64,000 bases of DNA, from positions 896,001 through 960,000 of the forward strand of contig CAWHBU010000002.1 in the NCBI GenBank assembly GCA_963827685.1, written 5' to 3'. Below, one piece after another: positions 1 to 9,670 of this stretch (positions are counted from its first letter, which is position 1; each line of letters begins with the position of its first letter). A program made the translations under genes and the position numbers. The notes beneath the pieces are model-generated. The model saw only the letters and a program-made list of their open reading frames with translations. It did no database searches and was not told the origin of the DNA. This stretch comes from an uncultured delta proteobacterium. Lineage in GTDB: Bacteria > Desulfobacterota > BSN033 > UBA1163.

Positions 1-1
1 A

Positions 2-664
2 GATGAGAAGGATATTCTTGACCTGGTTGAATATCATCTCAGACAAGCCGGTTTTTCCGTCATCTCAGCCTTGGATGGCTCTTGCGGGTTAGAAGAAGCA
101 AGAAGGAAACACCCAGCCCTCGTTATTCTGGACCTGATGCTTCCCGGGATGGATGGAAAGGATGTCTGTCGATCGCTTAAATCGAATCCCCTCACAAGAC
201 TGATTCCCGTTCTCATGCTTACGGCAAGGACTGAAGAGGTAGACAGAATTATTGGGCTTGAGTTAGGTGCGGATGATTATGTGACCAAGCCTTTCAGCCC
301 GAGGGAGTTGGTCTTGAGGGTGAGAGCTATCCTGCGAAGAAGGGAAACGGATCGAGAGAGCGAGAAGTTCATCCAAATTGAAGATCTCCTGATAGATGTT
401 GAAGGGCATCATGTTTCCGTGAATAAAATAGAAGTCCAATTAACTTCAACCGAGTTCAAACTTCTTGTGGAACTTGCCTCCAAAAGGGGCCGAGTTCAAA
501 CTCGCACAAGTCTTTTGGACAGAGTATGGGGATACACCTACGAAGGGTACGACAGGACCGTGGATACCCATATTCGCCATTTGAGGGAAAAACTTGGAGA
601 TTTGGGCGAATATATAGAAACACTCAGAGGAGTGGGATACCGATTTCGAGCGAAAAACGAATGA
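2..664 (+). CDS. phoB: PhoB/OmpR-family response regulator (5' end outside window)
   Basis: Frame open from base 2 (DEKDILDLVEYHL...); REC motifs LDLMLP, LTAR, GADDYVTKPF; winged helix with RTVDTHIRHLREKL and ETLRGVGY; heads the pst cluster. Confidence 0.85.
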   Translation, partial: DEKDILDLVEYHLRQAGFSVISALDGSCGLEEARRKHPALVILDLMLPGMDGKDVCRSLKSNPLTRLIPVLMLTARTEEVDRIIGLELGADDYVTKPFSPRELVLRVRAILRRRETDRESEKFIQIEDLLIDVEGHHVSVNKIEVQLTSTEFKLLVELASKRGRVQTRTSLLDRVWGYTYEGYDRTVDTHIRHLREKLGDLGEYIETLRGVGYRFRAKNE

Positions 665-804
665 AATCATTCCCTCCTTAAACCTCCCGTCTCTTTGATG
701 CGAACACCTTTCTTATTCTGCTTAACTCGTAACGTTTCTAGCTTTCATACAAATTTCACTTGTTTGACATTTTCTTGTAACATTTGAAGGCTAACCTGTA
801 ACTA

Positions 805-2700
805 ATGATTGAATGGTTGCTCACCGACCTCCACATCCATACCACATTTAGCGATGGGGCACTTCCCATAGAGGAGGTTGTGAAGATTTACGGGGAAGCA
901 GGCTTTGATGCCATCGCTATCACAGACCATCTGTTTGATACGCAATCCCCAAGAAGTCTTGAACTCTACGATGAAGGAAAGTCGATCAAGGACCTGAAAG
1001 CCTATTTCCACAAGATTGGAGAGCTTTCGCGTTGGGCAAAGGAATCCTACGATCTCTTGGTCATCCCGGGTCTGGAGATCTGCAACCTTTTGGAGGATTA
1101 CCATATTCTTGGTATCGACTTGAAGGAGCCTGTCAATCCGAACCAGAAGGCAGAGGGTATGATCGAAGAGATTCATCGCCAAGGTGGTCTTGCCATTGCC
1201 TCGCATCCACATTTGAAACTCTCCTATTTCATGCAGGGTGATAACGTTTCGATTCGGAACCATCCCCTTCACCTGTGGAAACATAGAGAAAAGTATCTCG
1301 ATAAACTCGATGCATGGGAGATTGCCAATCGTGAAGACCTCTTTACGGTCATAAGTTTAGAGCGCCTCCCTTTTGTGGCCAATTCCGATTTTCACGAGCG
1401 CCATCATCTCACAGCGTGGAAGTCGCTTATCTTTGCAGAAAAGGAAAAGGAGGCTATCAAACAGGCAATTCTTCATAGGAAGCTATCTCTTTTCTTTTTT
1501 AGTGAGAATGGTTCGACTAAAAAGCCACTCCTGGCGAAGATATTCCATGAAGAGATGGAGGTCGCTGACCAAACGGAAGGGCCATGCAAAGGGAAGGTAT
1601 TAATTGCAGATGACGAGAGAGATCTCGTAGCGATGCTGGCTTACAACCTCGGAAAGAAAGGATACCAAATTTTAACTGCCTATAATGGCTTTGAAGCATG
1701 GGAAAAGATCGAATCAGAGAGACCTGGCCTTCTGATCCTTGACCTGATGATGCCGGAACTCGATGGTTGGGAACTTTGCCGTTTGGTCCGCCGGAGTCAG
1801 ACAAAAGAGATCAACGATATGGGAATATTGATGCTTACCGCCAGGGCCATGCCGGAGGACAGGGTTTACGGACTGGAAATTGGAGCAGATGATTACCTTA
1901 CCAAACCCTTCTCTCTCAGTGAATTGATTCTACGAGTTGAAAAGCTGGCCGGGAAGAGAAAGTCCGTATATCAACTAAAAGAAGAAATGGAGTGCCTTCA
2001 TTCTTCAATGCGCAGGAAAGAAACGGACCTCAAGAGAGTCGTGCATGATCTGAGAAATCCCCTCCTCTCCATTGGGGCCTCTGCAAAGAGAATGCTTCGT
2101 AGAAGTCAAAGCGAGGAAGAACTGAAGATTCTGAGGATGATTTATGACAGCAGCGTCCGGTTAACCGGATGGGTTGACGATACCCTTTCTTCCAATAAAT
2201 TGGAGGCTGAAATAAAGGAAGTCGATATCCAACAACTGATTCAGCAAGTGGTCAATTTACTGAAAGAAACAAACGGGGAGAAGAAGGTCGATATTAGCTT
2301 TGATCCTTCGCCCTCCATTCCACGTATATTCTGCCACGAACAATTGATGTTCCGGACAATCGAGAACCTCTTGAACAATGCTTTTAAGTATACCCCGCAC
2401 GGTGGAAAAGTGGATGTCACCATCACGCCGTACCTTCAATGGAAAGAGGGAGGTTTTATTGAGATATCCATTAAAGATACAGGGATAGGAATTTTGGAGG
2501 ATGAAATCGACAGAATTTTCGAAGCTTTCTATAGGGGGAGGAATAATTCCACACAGGCCGGAGTCGGTTTAGGTCTTTCCTTTGCCAAAGAGGCAGTGGA
2601 ATTCCATGGAGGCAAAATATTGGTTCAAAGCGAACCTCAAAAAGGAAGTACTTTTTCCATCCTGTTGCCAGTCAGATCAAAGTTGGAATGTCCAAAGTAA
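805..2700 (+). CDS. PHP domain - receiver - HisKA - HATPase_c hybrid histidine kinase (soluble)
   Basis: PHP ligands DLHIHT, ITDH, GLE, ASHP, NSDFH; REC ADDE..LDLMMP..KPF; HDLRNPL H-box, NLLNNAFKY, DTGIG, GVGLGL. Confidence 0.9.
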   Translation: MIEWLLTDLHIHTTFSDGALPIEEVVKIYGEAGFDAIAITDHLFDTQSPRSLELYDEGKSIKDLKAYFHKIGELSRWAKESYDLLVIPGLEICNLLEDYHILGIDLKEPVNPNQKAEGMIEEIHRQGGLAIASHPHLKLSYFMQGDNVSIRNHPLHLWKHREKYLDKLDAWEIANREDLFTVISLERLPFVANSDFHERHHLTAWKSLIFAEKEKEAIKQAILHRKLSLFFFSENGSTKKPLLAKIFHEEMEVADQTEGPCKGKVLIADDERDLVAMLAYNLGKKGYQILTAYNGFEAWEKIESERPGLLILDLMMPELDGWELCRLVRRSQTKEINDMGILMLTARAMPEDRVYGLEIGADDYLTKPFSLSELILRVEKLAGKRKSVYQLKEEMECLHSSMRRKETDLKRVVHDLRNPLLSIGASAKRMLRRSQSEEELKILRMIYDSSVRLTGWVDDTLSSNKLEAEIKEVDIQQLIQQVVNLLKETNGEKKVDISFDPSPSIPRIFCHEQLMFRTIENLLNNAFKYTPHGGKVDVTITPYLQWKEGGFIEISIKDTGIGILEDEIDRIFEAFYRGRNNSTQAGVGLGLSFAKEAVEFHGGKILVQSEPQKGSTFSILLPVRSKLECPK

Positions 2701-2753
2701 GGGGACTATGAGATCCTTTCTTAAGAGGATCATGGACATGTCATCCCTCCCCC

Positions 2754-2792
2754 GTGACAGAAATTTAACATCCCTATCATTAAATCGTGACA
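2754..2792 (+). promoter_or_regulatory. Pho-box-like direct repeats (11-bp register)
   Basis: GTGACA 2754, TTAACA 2765, GTGACA 2787. Confidence 0.6.
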
Positions 2793-2837
2793 TCAATCTG
2801 TTTGAATGAAGTTAATCGATCGATTAAGGAGGTTCCT

Positions 2838-3044
2838 ATGAATTGTCCTCGCTGCGGCAGTACTATGGTCTTCAAAAAATTCTGTGATTATGGAGGATAT
2901 TCTTGTGGATGGAAATGTATTCGTTGTGGAGGGATTATTGATGAAGTTCCAGAGAATCCTCAACGGCGGGAACGAAAACAAGAATGGGAGAAGGCACTAT
3001 CCGATGACATGGAGGAAAGAGGCAGAATGGATACGCGAAGATAA
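2838..3044 (+). CDS. Small Zn-ribbon protein (CPRC...CIRC)
   Basis: AAGGAGG RBS before ATG 2838; two CxxC pairs. Confidence 0.7.
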   Translation: MNCPRCGSTMVFKKFCDYGGYSCGWKCIRCGGIIDEVPENPQRRERKQEWEKALSDDMEERGRMDTRR

Positions 3045-3088
3045 GTGACATCTACGATCATCCTTTAAAAATGAAGGAGGAGACAACC

Positions 3089-3271
3089 ATGGATAAGAAT
3101 CTTATTCCAGAAAAATATGGGATGGTGATCTGTCCGCTTTGCAGTGGAAAAGGGCTTTTAATCAAAAACTCTGACCAGATGAACATTACGTTAAGAAGGG
3201 TTTGCACAAAATGCGGGGGATTTGGTGCCATTAAGGAGAAAGAAGAAACTTTTGGAAGCTTGGGAAATTAG
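3089..3271 (+). CDS. Small DnaJ-type CxxCxGxG zinc-finger protein
   Basis: AAGGAGG RBS; CPLCSGKG and CTKCGGFG motifs. Confidence 0.7.
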   Translation: MDKNLIPEKYGMVICPLCSGKGLLIKNSDQMNITLRRVCTKCGGFGAIKEKEETFGSLGN

Positions 3272-3336
3272 ATTCTCATAGAGAAAATGAAATGGGCTTG
3301 AACTAACAGAAACGGTTCGCAAAGGGAGGTCTTCAG

Positions 3337-3477
3337 GTGATGATACGGAAGAGAGTGAATTCTTTTTTATCGAGATTGCGGTGCTTAAAACTCCTGGCGG
3401 AAATATATATTTTAATTGCTCTGATAGGGGTCAGAAGAGAGCTGAATTTTAGAAAGGCAAATCTTAACACCCAATAA
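3337..3477 (+). CDS. Possible 46-aa hypothetical peptide
   Basis: GGGAGG RBS, GTG start, open to TAA 3475-3477; no motif. Confidence 0.3.
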   Translation: MMIRKRVNSFLSRLRCLKLLAEIYILIALIGVRRELNFRKANLNTQ

Positions 3478-3576
3478 GGGCAGCACATTTTCTATTTTCT
3501 TACGTTAATGGAAAGTTGAAAGCAATGGAGATGAAAAGAAGTGATCGGATTATTTGAATCCAAAGGAAGAACTGTA

Positions 3577-3933
3577 ATGAATTATGAATTTATTTATGAA
3601 GAGGGTTTTTTGATCATTAAATTATCAGGTCCTACCGGAGTAAACGACCGCCTCCTTGTAAAGGAACATCTGACCTCTCACCTCCACCAACCAAACCAAA
3701 AGGTCATTGTCGATTTGGAGGGGCTCAAAGAGGCAGAGGGAACATATCTCTTAGGAGTCTTGAATACGGTAAAAAAGGAAGTTCAACTCATGGGTGGAGA
3801 GGTTAAATTCTGCTCCTTGAAGCCCGAGCTTTATGATTATTTTCAAGATAATCGCTTGGATCAAATTTTCGATATTGTGCAGTCGGTCGAACAAGCTAAA
3901 CAAAGTGATAGGAGTAAAAGTAATGCGGACTAA
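3577..3933 (+). CDS. STAS-domain (anti-sigma factor antagonist-like) protein
   Basis: KVIVDLEGL...LGVL...GGEVKFCSL...RLDQIF pattern. Confidence 0.75.
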   Translation: MNYEFIYEEGFLIIKLSGPTGVNDRLLVKEHLTSHLHQPNQKVIVDLEGLKEAEGTYLLGVLNTVKKEVQLMGGEVKFCSLKPELYDYFQDNRLDQIFDIVQSVEQAKQSDRSKSNAD

Positions 3934-4645
3934 ACCAGAGGAGATCCAACAAGGCATCTATCTCTTAAGAGGGGAAGGAAAAGGGAGCCATAATTATTTG
4001 ATCCGCGCTTCTTACCGAAATGTTTTGATCGATTCAGGTCTGGATCAAAATTTTCTTTGTCTTCAGGAACAGCTCCTCAGTTTGGGCCTGAAGGTCAGGG
4101 ACATCGATTTGGTCATTAACACTCATGAGCATTTGGACCACATCGGTGCCAATCGATATTTTCAAGAATCTTCATTTATCGCTGCCCATCGTTTTGCAGC
4201 AACCAAAATCACCTTGGAAGACCACTACGTCACCCTCTACCGTTCCGGGGATAGGAATGAAGTGCCGCTCCGTGTTCATCTCTGGTTGGAGAATCGATCG
4301 CTTTTTGATCTCGGAAGTCATACTTTGGAAGTGATCCATACACCCGGGCACACATCAGGCTCTATATGCATCTACGAGTTTAAGACAAAAGTCCTTTTTT
4401 CAGGAGACACGGTATTCGCCGGAGGCACGCTCTCTTACATCGCCGAGTCCGGGAGTGTTGGAGATTACATTAATTCCATCACACGTCTGGAAGCTCGGAA
4501 GATATTGAAGATCTTTCCTGGACATGGCGATATTTCTCAACATCCTGAAGAAAATTTATCCCGGGCCATTATCAATGCCAAGAAATTACTAAATGGAGAA
4601 CGTAATGTCTCCATCAGTCAATTTCGTCCCCCAATAGCCAAATAG
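3923..4645 (+). CDS. Metallo-beta-lactamase-fold hydrolase (glyoxalase II-like)
   Basis: THEHLDH, HTPGHT, FSGD, FPGHG; overlaps the STAS stop. Confidence 0.9.
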   Translation: MRTKPEEIQQGIYLLRGEGKGSHNYLIRASYRNVLIDSGLDQNFLCLQEQLLSLGLKVRDIDLVINTHEHLDHIGANRYFQESSFIAAHRFAATKITLEDHYVTLYRSGDRNEVPLRVHLWLENRSLFDLGSHTLEVIHTPGHTSGSICIYEFKTKVLFSGDTVFAGGTLSYIAESGSVGDYINSITRLEARKILKIFPGHGDISQHPEENLSRAIINAKKLLNGERNVSISQFRPPIAK

Positions 4646-4803
4646 TCCGTTCCGGTCCTCGATCACCCCTTTCTCCTATAAGCCTTAGAATAAGGAATCT
4701 AACTATAAAAGCCGTATGACTGATTTTCCGGATGGGGCTATTTCTTTTACAAGAAAGATTCTTTTATCCTGCAACACCATCTGACCCATACAAGGATCAA
4801 TTT

Positions 4804-4842
4804 GTAACAAGAAATTAACTTGCCGAAAATAATGTCGTAACA
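4804..4842 (+). promoter_or_regulatory. Pho-box-like direct repeats upstream of porin
   Basis: GTAACA 4804, TTAACT 4815, GTAACA 4837 (11-bp register). Confidence 0.6.
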
Positions 4843-5014
4843 ATTCGCTGGCAAGATTCATGTGCGTTGATAAGAGAATATTCATCCTATTGGTCCGACA
4901 TTTTCAAAAGTGGAGAGGAGGTGATGGATCCGCTAAAGCTCTGTGATTTACCGTTTCAATTTATTTTAACAAGGGAGTCACTCTTTAAAAATTCAAAAGG
5001 AGGAGGAATTAGAG

Positions 5015-6433
5015 ATGGAGGAAAGAAGAAGTAAAATAAGAGGTTGTGTCTATCTTTTTACTATGTTTTTGATCGTGTCCTTAGCTTTTTTGCCCTGCAG
5101 GGCTTTTGCCGGGGATATGGAGATTATGGTCGATGAGATGGTTAAACAAGGGGTTATCACCAGAGAGCAGGGTGACAAGATGCTGAAAGGGATGGAAGAG
5201 ACAAAAACCAAGCAACAAGAGAAAGTAGAAGCGGAAAAACCGAAAATCGAAGGAAAGGCAGCAAAACCGGATTGGGCAAAGAATTTACCCGACTGGATCG
5301 TAAATCCTCCTGATTGGTTTAAAAATATAAAATTTTCAGGAGATTTGAGGTTGAGATATGACCGGTTAGATAGAGAACCTACGGCAGCTGATGAAGCTAA
5401 GGGAACACAAGATTTTGCCAGAAATAGAGCGAGATTCAGATGGAGGCTGGGCGCCGAGACTCAAATTATTGATGGTGTCACAGTGGGATTTGGACTTGCC
5501 TCGACTGACAATGCTGTCCCAGGAAATCCGCGGACGAATAATCAGACTCTTGGCGCAGAATTTTCGAAAAAGCCCGTCGCAATTAACTATGCTTATGTAG
5601 CCTACACGCCCACGTTCTTACCGTGGTTAACCGTTTCAGGCGGTAAATTAAAGACGAATCCTATCTATCAGGCGAATAGCTATGGTATTGAAAATACTTG
5701 GTTATGGGACCCTGACATCACGCCTGAGGGTTTTGCAGTGGTATTAAAATACCCTGCCCTCTTAAAGCTCGACGGGGTCAGCCTTGACGTATTTATGAAT
5801 AATGCGTTTTTCATTATCGATGAACTCGGCGTCGGCGCTGCGGATCCCTATGTGTTTGTGTTCCAACCGGGATTCGATCTGAAGTTCATGAAAGATTTCA
5901 ATTTCAAAGCAGCTGTTGCCTATTACCACTTTTCTAACATCGAGCATCAGACGGCGTTAGGTAATCAACCATCTCCTGGCATTACGAATACCCTTTTTAC
6001 AAGCGGCCCGCTAACAGGTAAATACCAATTTAATTATAACGCCTTCGTCGAGAGCGCAGAGCTTGGATATATGACTCCATTTCCAAGTATTATCCCGTAC
6101 GTCGGTGTCTTTGGTGAAATCATCAAGAATACGGATTCCCATGACGGGGGATGGCAAGGAGGTGTCAGGTTAGGACATCCCTCTCTTAAGAAATTCGGAG
6201 ATTGGCAGTTTGCGTATGCTTACAGAAGACTTGAAAGGGATGCGTGGTTGGATAATTTCAATGATGATGATTTCTATCAGGGCCAGACCAATGCAAAGGG
6301 ACATTATATATATAGCGCCCTTGGGTTAATGAAGCATGTATCTGTGGCATTGGCCTATTTCCATGCGAACCGTATATTAGCACCGAAACAGCCTGAAGAT
6401 CGTTTATTTGTTGATCTTAGGGTAACGTTCTAA
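5015..6433 (+). CDS. Putative outer-membrane porin (phosphate-starvation associated)
   Basis: Signal peptide, IKFSGDLRLRY, RNRARFRWRLG, WDPDITPEG, C-terminal DLRVTF beta-signal. Confidence 0.85.
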   Translation: MEERRSKIRGCVYLFTMFLIVSLAFLPCRAFAGDMEIMVDEMVKQGVITREQGDKMLKGMEETKTKQQEKVEAEKPKIEGKAAKPDWAKNLPDWIVNPPDWFKNIKFSGDLRLRYDRLDREPTAADEAKGTQDFARNRARFRWRLGAETQIIDGVTVGFGLASTDNAVPGNPRTNNQTLGAEFSKKPVAINYAYVAYTPTFLPWLTVSGGKLKTNPIYQANSYGIENTWLWDPDITPEGFAVVLKYPALLKLDGVSLDVFMNNAFFIIDELGVGAADPYVFVFQPGFDLKFMKDFNFKAAVAYYHFSNIEHQTALGNQPSPGITNTLFTSGPLTGKYQFNYNAFVESAELGYMTPFPSIIPYVGVFGEIIKNTDSHDGGWQGGVRLGHPSLKKFGDWQFAYAYRRLERDAWLDNFNDDDFYQGQTNAKGHYIYSALGLMKHVSVALAYFHANRILAPKQPEDRLFVDLRVTF

Positions 6434-6588
6434 TTGGAATGAATCACCCCTCCTCACTGCACCCCTTGGATTGCGCCCCCATGCAATCCTTGGGGTGCAT
6501 TCTCCAAATGGGTATGAAAAGTTTTGTGTTTCCTGGGAGCTCTTTAACAAGAAGACGAACCCGACCCGAGAGGAGATGAAAAATAGAT

Positions 6589-6627
6589 TTAACCAAAACG
6601 TTATAGAACTGTAACACAACCGTAACA
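6589..6627 (+). promoter_or_regulatory. Pho box array upstream of pstS
   Basis: TTAACC 6589, GTTATA 6600, GTAACA 6611, GTAACA 6622; exact 11-bp period. Confidence 0.75.
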
Positions 6628-6682
6628 AAGGGGAGTTAACTTTAAAAGAATTAATCTAAAAAGAAACGAAGGAGGTTTCAAA

Positions 6683-7762
6683 ATGAATCACTTTGGAAAA
6701 GGTTTGTCGCAGACGGGAACGAAGTATGTTTTGGGCATGATCACAATCTTCGTAGTTCTAGCAGTTATTGCAGGGACCGGCTATGCAAAAGACACCGAAC
6801 TCATAGGAGCGGGTGCTACGTTTCCATACCCATTGTATTCAAAAATGTTTGATGTCTATCATAAAGAGTACACGGTAAAAGTGAACTATCAAGCGATCGG
6901 TTCAGGGGGAGGAATAAGGCAGCTGATCAACAAAACGGTGGACTTTGGGGGATCGGATGCAATTATGAGCGACAAAGACTTAGCGGAGGCATCAGCGCCG
7001 GTTCTTCATATCCCCACCTGCGCGGGTGCGGTGGTTCTGACTTATAATTTAACAGGAAACCCGCAATTAAAATTTACGCCGGATGTCATTGGTGACATCT
7101 TCCTCGGAAAGATAAGTAAATGGAATGATCCCCGAATCTCCGCAATCAATCCGGGAGTGAAGCTTCCTGCTGTGAACATCACGGTGGTCCATCGGTCCGA
7201 TGGCAGCGGCACAACCTTCATCTTCAGCGATTACTTGAGCAAAGTCAGTGGAGAGTGGAAGGATAAGGTCGGGACGGGTCCTTCTTTAAACTGGCCAGCG
7301 GGCTTGGGTGGAAAAGGCAATCCGGGCGTTGCAGGCCTGGTCCAACAAACACCCGGGAGCATCGGCTATGTTGAGCTCATCTACGCCCTCCAAAACAAGA
7401 TGCCCTATGGCATGGTGAAAAACAAAAAGGGTAAATTTGTGACTGCCACGATCGCTTCAACGAGCTATGCTGCGGATACCAATTTGCCAGACGATATGAA
7501 AGTGAGTCTCACGGATTCCGATGCTCCGGAGGGTTATCCGATCAGTGGTTTCACCTGGATTCTCGTTTACAAAGAGCAGAATTATGCCGAGAAGTCTGAA
7601 GAGAAGGCGAAGGAGTTGGTTAAATTACTCTGGTGGATGACCCACGAAGGACAAAAAAATGCTGAGCCTCTCCATTATGCTCCTCTTTCAAAAAAGGCTG
7701 TGGAAAAGGCTGAGAAACTGATCAAGTCCATCTCCTACAAGGCAAGCGTGGTCATGAAGTGA
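6683..7762 (+). CDS. pstS: Phosphate ABC transporter substrate-binding protein (enterobacterial-like class)
   Basis: GAGATFPYPLY, GSGGGI, DFGGSD, HRSDGSGTT. Confidence 0.95.
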   Translation: MNHFGKGLSQTGTKYVLGMITIFVVLAVIAGTGYAKDTELIGAGATFPYPLYSKMFDVYHKEYTVKVNYQAIGSGGGIRQLINKTVDFGGSDAIMSDKDLAEASAPVLHIPTCAGAVVLTYNLTGNPQLKFTPDVIGDIFLGKISKWNDPRISAINPGVKLPAVNITVVHRSDGSGTTFIFSDYLSKVSGEWKDKVGTGPSLNWPAGLGGKGNPGVAGLVQQTPGSIGYVELIYALQNKMPYGMVKNKKGKFVTATIASTSYAADTNLPDDMKVSLTDSDAPEGYPISGFTWILVYKEQNYAEKSEEKAKELVKLLWWMTHEGQKNAEPLHYAPLSKKAVEKAEKLIKSISYKASVVMK

Positions 7763-7772
7763 TTTGAGGGAC

Positions 7773-7803
7773 GGGGTGGGAATTGATCCCCACCCTTCTT
7801 TTT
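7773..7803 (+). terminator. Intrinsic terminator / stabilising hairpin after pstS
   Basis: GGGTGGG/CCCACCC stem followed by TTCTTTTT. Confidence 0.65.
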
Positions 7804-7881
7804 CCTGTTGCTCCCGAAATAGCCTTTCTTGCCCCTGCCTTCAGGGCTTCTCTTATGATAGAATTAAATTGGGTATAAATC

Positions 7882-8820
7882 ATGGATCATAGCAGAGCCG
7901 ATGTTTTGGTATTTAGAGCTGATGCAAAGGCGATGCGTCGGTACATGCCCGCTCTCTCGGAATCTTCCTTTCGCAAGATACTCTACGTGGCGGGCAGCTG
8001 TATTTTAGTTCTCCTCTTGGCCATTTTTCTTTCATTGGTCATTGCCTCCTTTCCCGCCATTTGGAAGTTCGGAATTCGCTTCTTTTTGAGTAGCACATGG
8101 GACCCGGTAAGGGGTGAATTTGGGGCATTTCCCTTTCTCGTCGGCACCCTTGCCACTTCCTTTTCAGCTCTTATCATTTCGGTCATCTTTTCGATTCCCA
8201 TCTCCATCTTATTGGGTGAGTATTTTACCCAGGGTGCTACGACCACGTTTATAAAAAGCATGATCGACCTGCTTGCAGGAATACCCTCGGTCATCTATGG
8301 GTTCTGTGGGCTCTTCCTTCTTGCTCCTCTGGTAAGAACCTTGGAGCTGAAACTGGGCGTGGTCCCCTACGGAGTGGGAATCTTCACTGCTTCACTGGTT
8401 CTTTCCATCATGATCATACCGTACTCGGCCTCGATCGGAAGAGAAGTGATCAGCCTCGTTCCTTCTGATCTCAAAGAGGCAGCCCTTTCCCTCGGCGCCA
8501 CCCGATTCGAGGTCATACGGAAGGTCGTTCTTCCTTATGCCTACTCCGGAATATTCGCAGGGATCCTTCTCTCCCTAGGACGGGCCCTTGGAGAGACGAT
8601 GGCCGTTACAATGGTCATTGGCAATTCAAACTTCATACCGAAGAGTATTTTTAGTCCGGGCAACACGCTGGCCAGCATCATTGCCAACGAATTCACAGAA
8701 GCGACAGGGAGCCTTTACCTGGCAAGCCTGATTGAGCTTGGACTTGTGCTCTTCATCGTTACGACCGTTATAAACATCCTGGGTAAGTTGATCATCCGCC
8801 GGATGGGTGCAGGAGTATAA
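7882..8820 (+). CDS. pstC: Phosphate ABC permease
   Basis: LAGIPSVIYG, EAALSLGATRFE, GRALGETMAV. Confidence 0.95.
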   Translation: MDHSRADVLVFRADAKAMRRYMPALSESSFRKILYVAGSCILVLLLAIFLSLVIASFPAIWKFGIRFFLSSTWDPVRGEFGAFPFLVGTLATSFSALIISVIFSIPISILLGEYFTQGATTTFIKSMIDLLAGIPSVIYGFCGLFLLAPLVRTLELKLGVVPYGVGIFTASLVLSIMIIPYSASIGREVISLVPSDLKEAALSLGATRFEVIRKVVLPYAYSGIFAGILLSLGRALGETMAVTMVIGNSNFIPKSIFSPGNTLASIIANEFTEATGSLYLASLIELGLVLFIVTTVINILGKLIIRRMGAGV

Positions 8821-8821
8821 T

Positions 8822-9670
8822 ATGGATGGTTCTTCGATCAGAAGAAGAATTTTATGGGATAAGTTATTCAAAGTTATCATTATTCTCCTTACTTGCTGTT
8901 CTATCCTTCCCATATTTTTCATCCTGTTCTTCATCACCAGAAAGGGCATCTCTGTTGTCAACTGGAGCTTTTTCACCCAACTTCCCAAACCCGTAGGTGA
9001 ATTAGGCGGGGGAATTTCAAACGCCATCCTGGGAACGTTTATCTTGGTTGGCATCTCGACGGCCTTTTCCGTTCCCCTCGGGATCCTCACTGGAATTTTC
9101 CTTTCCGAATATAAGAAGGGAAGATTCGTATACTTTATAAAATTATCTGTCGAAACACTTCAAGGAATCCCTTCCATCGTTATAGGAATTATCGCTTATG
9201 TATGGGTAGTGGTTCCTATGGGGTCGTTCTCAGCCCTCTCAGGTGGGGTGGCTCTTGGTCTGATGATGTTACCGATCATCGTCACTTCGACGGACGAGAC
9301 CTTAAAGCTTATCCCGGAGGGCTTAAGAGAAGCATCCCTGGCATTAGGAGTTTCCTACCCGAGAACGATTCTGAAAGTGATCCTGCCAGCAGGCATAACC
9401 GGTATTCTGACAGGAATCCTTTTGAGCATAGCGAGGGTCGCCGGCGAGACAGCCCCCCTTCTTTTTACGGCGTTTGGAAGCCCGTTTATGAGCCTCAATA
9501 CCCTGAAGCCCATTAATAGTCTCCCTCTAATGATTTTCAATTATGCCACGGGTCCCTATCCCGAATGGCATACACTCGCATGGGGAGCCTCTTTTGTATT
9601 AATTGTATTTGTCCTAGGGTTAAATCTCCTCACCAAGGTTGTGACAAGAAGATGGAAAGTGCAGTTTTAA
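8822..9670 (+). CDS. pstA: Phosphate ABC permease
   Basis: GIPSIVIG, REASLALG, ARVAGETAPL. Confidence 0.95.
   Translation: MDGSSIRRRILWDKLFKVIIILLTCCSILPIFFILFFITRKGISVVNWSFFTQLPKPVGELGGGISNAILGTFILVGISTAFSVPLGILTGIFLSEYKKGRFVYFIKLSVETLQGIPSIVIGIIAYVWVVVPMGSFSALSGGVALGLMMLPIIVTSTDETLKLIPEGLREASLALGVSYPRTILKVILPAGITGILTGILLSIARVAGETAPLLFTAFGSPFMSLNTLKPINSLPLMIFNYATGPYPEWHTLAWGASFVLIVFVLGLNLLTKVVTRRWKVQF

Noticed and set aside
722-802. Pho box upstream of the PHP kinase
   Set aside because: TTGACA/GTAACA-like hexamers are present but not in a clean 11-bp register
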